A DNA stretch of 64,000 nucleotides from Octopus vulgaris. Lineage: Eukaryota. The notes beneath the pieces were generated by a model. It saw nothing but the letters and a program-made list of their open reading frames with translations, was not told the origin of the DNA and did no database searches. This document shows, piece after piece, positions 57,022-64,000 of this stretch (position 1 is the stretch's first letter; every line of letters starts with the position of its first letter). The stretch covers positions 72,478,001 through 72,542,000 of the forward strand of contig OX597823.1 in the NCBI GenBank assembly GCA_951406725.2. Direction: 5' to 3'. The translations under genes were made by a program, and so were the position numbers.

Positions 57022-58359
57022 TAGGGAAGAAGAAGAAGAAGAAGAAGAAGAAGAAGAAGAAGAAGAAGAAGAAGAAGAAGAGACATATTGCAAAATATTT
57101 GTACTTTGGGATCCAAAACTTTCTAAAATATGTGTAATGGTACGTATGCAACGTGGGCGTATACAAGCTTGCGAAAACCCATGACAATTCTGCAAATACC
57201 TGTGAGGTAATGCTTTACCAAATGAGTAGTGGAATGTACGGCTGATTTTCCCAGTGAGGAAACGAAAACATTAGAAATGTAACTTGCCCTTACATTCAAT
57301 ACTATTTGGGGTGACGGTTTATGTCGCACCTTTTTGTCGCCAGCCGATTCTGATGTAAATTCTCCTAAATTTTGAATACATGAGCGGTGAACTTGTGCTC
57401 AGTGAAATTATGACATGGTAACATTAGGCACATAAACTTTTTCTTAGAAGCTAAATTTTATTGAGACCCAAAACATTCAGTTTGTAAAGAAGTGGTGACG
57501 AATAAGTAATTGTTAAAGTAACAATAATAATGCGTACAGAAAATAAATAAATAAACGTAATAAAACATAGCTAAAGACCGCTATTCAGAGTGTAGGTTAC
57601 GAGAGTAATATTTCCAGCCATTACGAAGATTATTCGAGTGTAGTCAGGGCATATGTTATGATGTATACATACGAACGTGTACTTCTTGAATAAAATATTT
57701 ATTTCTGTGGTTAAATATTCACCAGTTAAATATTCACCAACACACCAGCCTATACAGTATTTGAAAGAAAATAAACTAGCTTTTTTTCTAAGTTAAACAG
57801 CGTTTTTCAGGATATATTAACTCATACATAATGAAGGATGTATGAACGAACTTTGGATTCAGAACGGTGAGTTTTCGAAGTAGTATTGGAGACTTTAGTG
57901 TGACATATCTACTGGTGATAATGTTTAGGCAAATATGAAATACTTGCACAGAAAATATAGCTCAATAATTTTTCTGTTTCTGTTACACTTCAATATTCAA
58001 TATATAGCACTTCAGAGGAATTCTTATGACAGTTCTGAATGCCACTTGATATGCTATTAAAAGGGAACGAAATGCAAATAATACATCTTTCCTAGCGGAA
58101 AAGGAAACACTATGTCACAGGAGGACATAATATAAGTGTCGAGTCTTTAGTTGAAAACCTTTATATGCTTGTAGTTACAGCTAATATGATATGCATTTAA
58201 TATTCAGTATAAACAAACGTGCCGGCTCGTGTAAATATATTCCAATTCATATTTCCATAGTTACAGGCACGCATGTACTCACTTATGCACGCACACACAT
58301 ATATCTGAATATATATATATATATGTATACATATATAAATATATATATGTATATATGTA

Positions 58360-58419
<60 letters not shown>

Positions 58420-58994
58420 TGTAAAATTAGCAGTATAGCTAGGGTGGATGTCTGTCGATGAAAAGCAAATTACATTTTATATTCATGAAACACTAACCGC
58501 GTACACACAAAAAAGACTCAATATATTTACTGTAATCAAATGCTAATGGATCTGTTGTGTGCGACATTTTTCCAGATATATAACATTTTTTTTCTGGGAC
58601 GCAACTAGTCATTTAATGGAGTGATTTCTTGAAATAATTCAAGGCCCGTATCTTAAGATGAAATCCATAGTGAAATGTGCTTGTATGAGAAATACATTCT
58701 GAATTATTACACATTAGATACACTAAAGTCATCTATCAGAAACTTATCCTGTTAATCACTATATTACGTAGGGCTCAATGACGCTAATATCTTCGTTTTA
58801 AACTAAGAAATGCTAAAATAGCAATGCTTAATCTATTAATCTGCACCTGTGGTGGCTACATAGAAATGGAGTACGAAGGCTAATTTCGCAAGTAATCCGA
58901 TAGAAGATAAAATTGTCTGTGAAATTTAGGAATTTTACCGACTTTATTGCAAATATTTTTATACATGCATGCATAAATGCAAACCTACTTAGCA

Positions 58995-59053
<59 letters not shown>

Positions 59054-59218
59054 TACATAGACACACATACACACCAATATAACGTTTCAAACATTGCCAC
59101 TGCAATGTCAGCGTTATCTTAGTACAGTATATACATACAGATATATGTGTGTGTATGTGAGTGTGTGTGTGTAATTGTGTGTGTATGTATATATGTACAT
59201 GCATACATATATATACAT

Positions 59219-59320
<102 letters not shown>

Positions 59321-60595
59321 CAAACATACATAAATATATATATATATATATGGGCTTATTGATATTCCTTTCTGTGTGCGTGTGGTTTTTAAATTTCTGT
59401 GCATGTGTGTGTGTGAACGTTTGTGCTTATTTAATAAAATGGATTGCAAGTAGTACGAAATTTACTCGAATACAGATACGGAAGAATATAAAATTTCAAT
59501 AAACATTTTGAATATTGAAGGTTGTAAAATGTAAGCATGTAAAATATAAGTCCATATACTACTACGGAAACACATATGATGAAATATGTGCGTGTTGACA
59601 AATTAAAATGTGTAGAACTGTTCGTAGTCTTTTGTTTTTTTACGTCACAGAAAACAAGATGGAATTCTTGTAATTTGTACGTTGTATGTTTGTACGACTT
59701 TAATAGCATTTCCAATAACAAATGCCTAGTCTTGTGTCTAGTTTTCAGACCATAGATATAATGTAATATATTTTGTCGGAAATGGTGTAATTGCTTTGAT
59801 CGTCATCGCAATCAATATGACAAGAGGGTTTTGGGGTTCGATTTTGGTTGGCATTATACTTTGATAAATGAATATTTTTCTGGAATCTTTCCATTATTGG
59901 TGTTTTGATAGCTCAAACTTGTTTCACTAGTTGTTGTAATTTTGTGGCGTGATATTCTTAAATTCAAATTTTTGTAAGAACGAAGTCTCTTGTTGGTGCA
60001 ATGTGTCAGTTTTCTATGTTACAGAAATTCCAATGTTCGACTTTTTTAAATCGCCAATTAATCACTCCCGCACTTTACCTCTACATTTCTTGTACAATGT
60101 CTTCCTGTATTAGATCTTCGTCTTCTGTTTTCAGAGTTTTCCTCTCATTTATGTCCAATGATATATTGTTTTCTCTCAATTTATTCATTGAATGTATGTA
60201 TATAAATTATGCTTCATTAGATTTTCTTCCATACTTCAATGAAGCTCTTTTCTTGTCTTTGTTGTATCTGCATACTTTTGCTATCCTTTGGTCTTTCGTT
60301 ACTTCCAAGAGGTGAAATTCCATCGAGTGTTATGAGATTCAACTAACTTAATTATCAATACAAATCATTTTCATACATGGCAGTTATTAGTAAATGTTGC
60401 CCTATCTGTTGTATGAATTTTACTTATTATCACATCATATAAATATATTTAATATATTGGGCACATGCGCACAGAGTATCTAAATATATAACCATACACA
60501 CTTGTACACACATATGTGCGTGTATCTCTGTACATATGTATGCATAATTTGTTAGTACATAGTCATACACAAGTATAAATATAATGGTTACAGTT

Positions 60596-60720
60596 ATGGC
60601 CAAGTGGTTATAGCGATTGGTTCGCAAATATTAGGTCTTGAATTCAACCACAGGGTGGCATCATGGGCAGGTGGTTTTACCTTAGCCACATTTCGATCAA
60701 GCATTGTGGATGAAATTCAC
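60596..60720 (+). mobile_element. Degraded tRNA-derived SINE head
   Basis: TGGCCAAGTGGtta (box A) ... gaattcaacc (box B-like), then ggcatcatgggcaggt. Confidence 0.45.
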
Positions 60721-61365
60721 CATACATAATCTGCGCAAGCCTGTCGAATATACTGTGCCTGGAATTCAAATCATCTCACCCACTCTGCCGCGCAGACTTG
60801 GCCTGGGGATTAAGTTAACAGAACATGAGTTCGTAAAACATTCAGCCATTCACACTATGATTCAAGGAGGAGGGATTTCAGCTAATTCAAACACTCCAGT
60901 AATTATCGCCGAAATTTGGGAACATATAAATAGTTTCTGTTGTTATGCACCCAAAATATCTCTGCAAGGATTTCAGATTTAATACATATATTTTGTATCG
61001 TATGCAATTTTTTGTCTTTTTCCTCTACAAATGAGTTGCATCCTATTTTCATAGTGTTATGGCGAATTATCAAATTATATTTAATCACATGTTTATCTTC
61101 ATACATATGCCAGGCATATATCCGTGGCGGAATACCGTTTGCGCAACTATGCCACAACACACAAACATAAATAAAACTGACATAACGCTATATTCTAACA
61201 CACATAACTGTATGTAGGTAAATCGGATGAGAAATTAAAATATTGATATAATGGAAATGGGGATTCAAATAAAAGTGGATGGATGAAGCAATGCATATCA
61301 ATAAAATAGCAATAAAAAACGTATAACATTTTCGCACATACAAACGCACCCGAATATAATGTACG

Positions 61366-61410
<45 letters not shown>

Positions 61411-61413
61411 ATG

Positions 61414-61483
<70 letters not shown>

Positions 61484-61845
61484 GATATACGTACATATAT
61501 ATCTGTTTGTATTATATATACATTCAGCCATGCATATATACATTTATATAACATACACACATATGTATAGGCATATGCATATACATACACATATATGTAG
61601 ATATTTGATATTTCTGATTATCTGTATGTGTATCTATGATTTAACTATGGATATTTATGTTAACATAATATATAAAACCATACATCAGTTGAAGACTTTT
61701 TGCATAATCATAGGTATTTGTAGAGATATTTAAAATTAGCACATGGTATTCATTTACGCATCGCTCTCCGGAACTCTTTACTTCCTTATTATTTCCTATC
61801 TAAATCCCAAACACTCATAATAATTCTGAATATATATATATATAA

Positions 61846-61950
<105 letters not shown>

Positions 61951-62235
61951 TATTTTGTTCTTTCTGTACAAGTGAAATTTTAAATTCAATGCGCTGTAAT
62001 ATTTCATCTTTTTTCTTTACACTGGCATACAACTTTAACAGTTGATATATGGTGAGTAAAAGTCAGTAGTTCATGATCATAAGACCCAGAAGTGACATAG
62101 TAATAAGGAATAATAGCAAATGAAAAAATTTTGGTAACCTGATAAAAATGAAAATAAAGAAAATGCAATATATACGACTACACACAAAACACTTTATCTA
62201 TAAATGTATGCATATATGTAACTATATGTACATAC

Positions 62236-62269
<34 letters not shown>

Positions 62270-62271
62270 GC

Positions 62272-62305
<34 letters not shown>

Positions 62306-62704
62306 ATATATATATATACAAATACATATATATACATATATATATGAAACAAAACTAACATTGGCATATATATATATGTGTGTGTGTGTACGTATATATA
62401 TACATACACATTATACACACATATACGTGCATTTACATATATATATACATACATACATACACATATATATATAAATGTTTGTGTGTGCATGTGTGGGTGT
62501 GGTGTTTGTGTATCTGCATAATATATGTGTACACGGAAACATAAATTCATATGCTTGTACACAATATGTTTATATATATATACATATAGTTATATATATA
62601 TATATATATATGTGTTTGTGTATGTATACATATATATATATATATTTATACACACACATATATATACATATATGTACTCATATACGTATATATATATGCA
62701 TACA

Positions 62705-62742
<38 letters not shown>

Positions 62743-63228
62743 TGTATGTATGCATATATATGTGTGTATATATGTATATATATATATATAAAGGAAAAGT
62801 TACTAATGCAACAAAAAGTTTAAATCATTTGAAATAACGTTAATTAAATGTTTCCAAAAATAAAACATAATATATTCAACATAATAAAAAATATAGTTTA
62901 ACATGTGATAACTTCAGTAAATATCTTTTTAACAATTTAAAAGTTTTTAACAATTCTTTCTCGCAATATCACAGGTAATTATGCAGTGGAAAATACATTC
63001 CTTTAATCATCTTTTGAAACAAATATTTACTCACACTGTGTCATAACAAATATACGCATCACCACAAACCCACCCGCAAATTAAATCAAAGAAAACAAAA
63101 ATGATACAAAACAACCTTGCATACTTTCATTTGCAGTAAGTCATGCATACATTCAATCAGATGGATATTGGTCCAAATCTCACTCATGACTATCACATTT
63201 TCGAAAATTTCGCGTGTATTTATGTATG

Positions 63229-63274
<46 letters not shown>

Positions 63275-64000
63275 CACATATATATACATAAATATATATA
63301 TATATACACACATATATGTATGCGTATATACATGTATATATATATATATATATAAATATCTACACATACGTGATTGTTTTAGTATCTATATAATTTTATA
63401 CATATCACATATATTTATGCGTATATAGTGAGCTTCATTAGGTATGCAGTCGTCGATATATGGAGGAAGAATAGGGGTTGAGGACATTTATACATTTTCT
63501 GAAGATTTTGTGCATGAAATCGAACATTGCTTATCAATATTCCCCAGAGAATCAAAAAAAATTTCTCTAATATTTCGAAAAATTGTGATGTGAAAAACAA
63601 CATTATTTTTATATGTGTAACAGTTTTACATTAGAATACTTTGTTGATATCACTCAGATTATTGGCAGTATTAAAATTAACGTATAATAATAATATTTAT
63701 AGTAATTACGATAATCATTTAAGTGTAAATCATTATTATTTCCAAATTCAAATGAGCCTTATACGATTGTGTAAATACGTCACAAAAAGTAAATACGATT
63801 ATGGACAATTGAATGTGTAATAAAATATGGGAATTCGTTCAAAAGAGTTCATGTAAAACAGCATGAAAAATTGTAGGTGCAAAATAATTGCCACAGAAAG
63901 AAGATAACCAACAAATCATCTACAATTATTAATCAATAATTAATCCTCCTACACTTTAGCGATATTGAAAATAAATTTCAGTAGTATGGGTTGACTATAA

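Noticed and set aside
59740-60980. Faint RT-like (DDDQ) and Tc1 N-terminus-like (KLTEHE) peptides
   Set aside because: Too degraded to classify by eye.

Overview
AT-rich, microsatellite-saturated eukaryotic DNA with no recognisable host protein-coding gene. The (TA)n/(TAA)n/(CA)n density and the SINE families resemble an octopus (coleoid cephalopod) intergenic or intronic region; this is an inference. Almost all ORFs in the track are microsatellite artefacts. The real content is mobile-element debris: a Penelope GIY-YIG endonuclease fragment, a full-length but dead Tc1 transposon, a mariner-type MITE, a palindromic MITE, R4/Dong-type RLE retrotransposons next to (TAA)n, CR1, RTE and Tx1/L1 3' ends, many tRNA-derived SINEs, and a recent ~0.55 kb tandem duplication. 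The most interesting signal is a set of minimal type-I hammerhead ribozyme (HHR) motifs carried by three different short non-coding elements inserted in microsatellites (13180-13225 +; 8661-8695 - and 40607-40641 -; 32861-32898 - and 32935-32972 +). One element is a ~170-bp fold-back carrying a non-canonical HHR on each arm. Together with the GIY-YIG fragment this suggests a Penelope-pLTR/retrozyme-like system. All motifs were read by eye and none was tested computationally.
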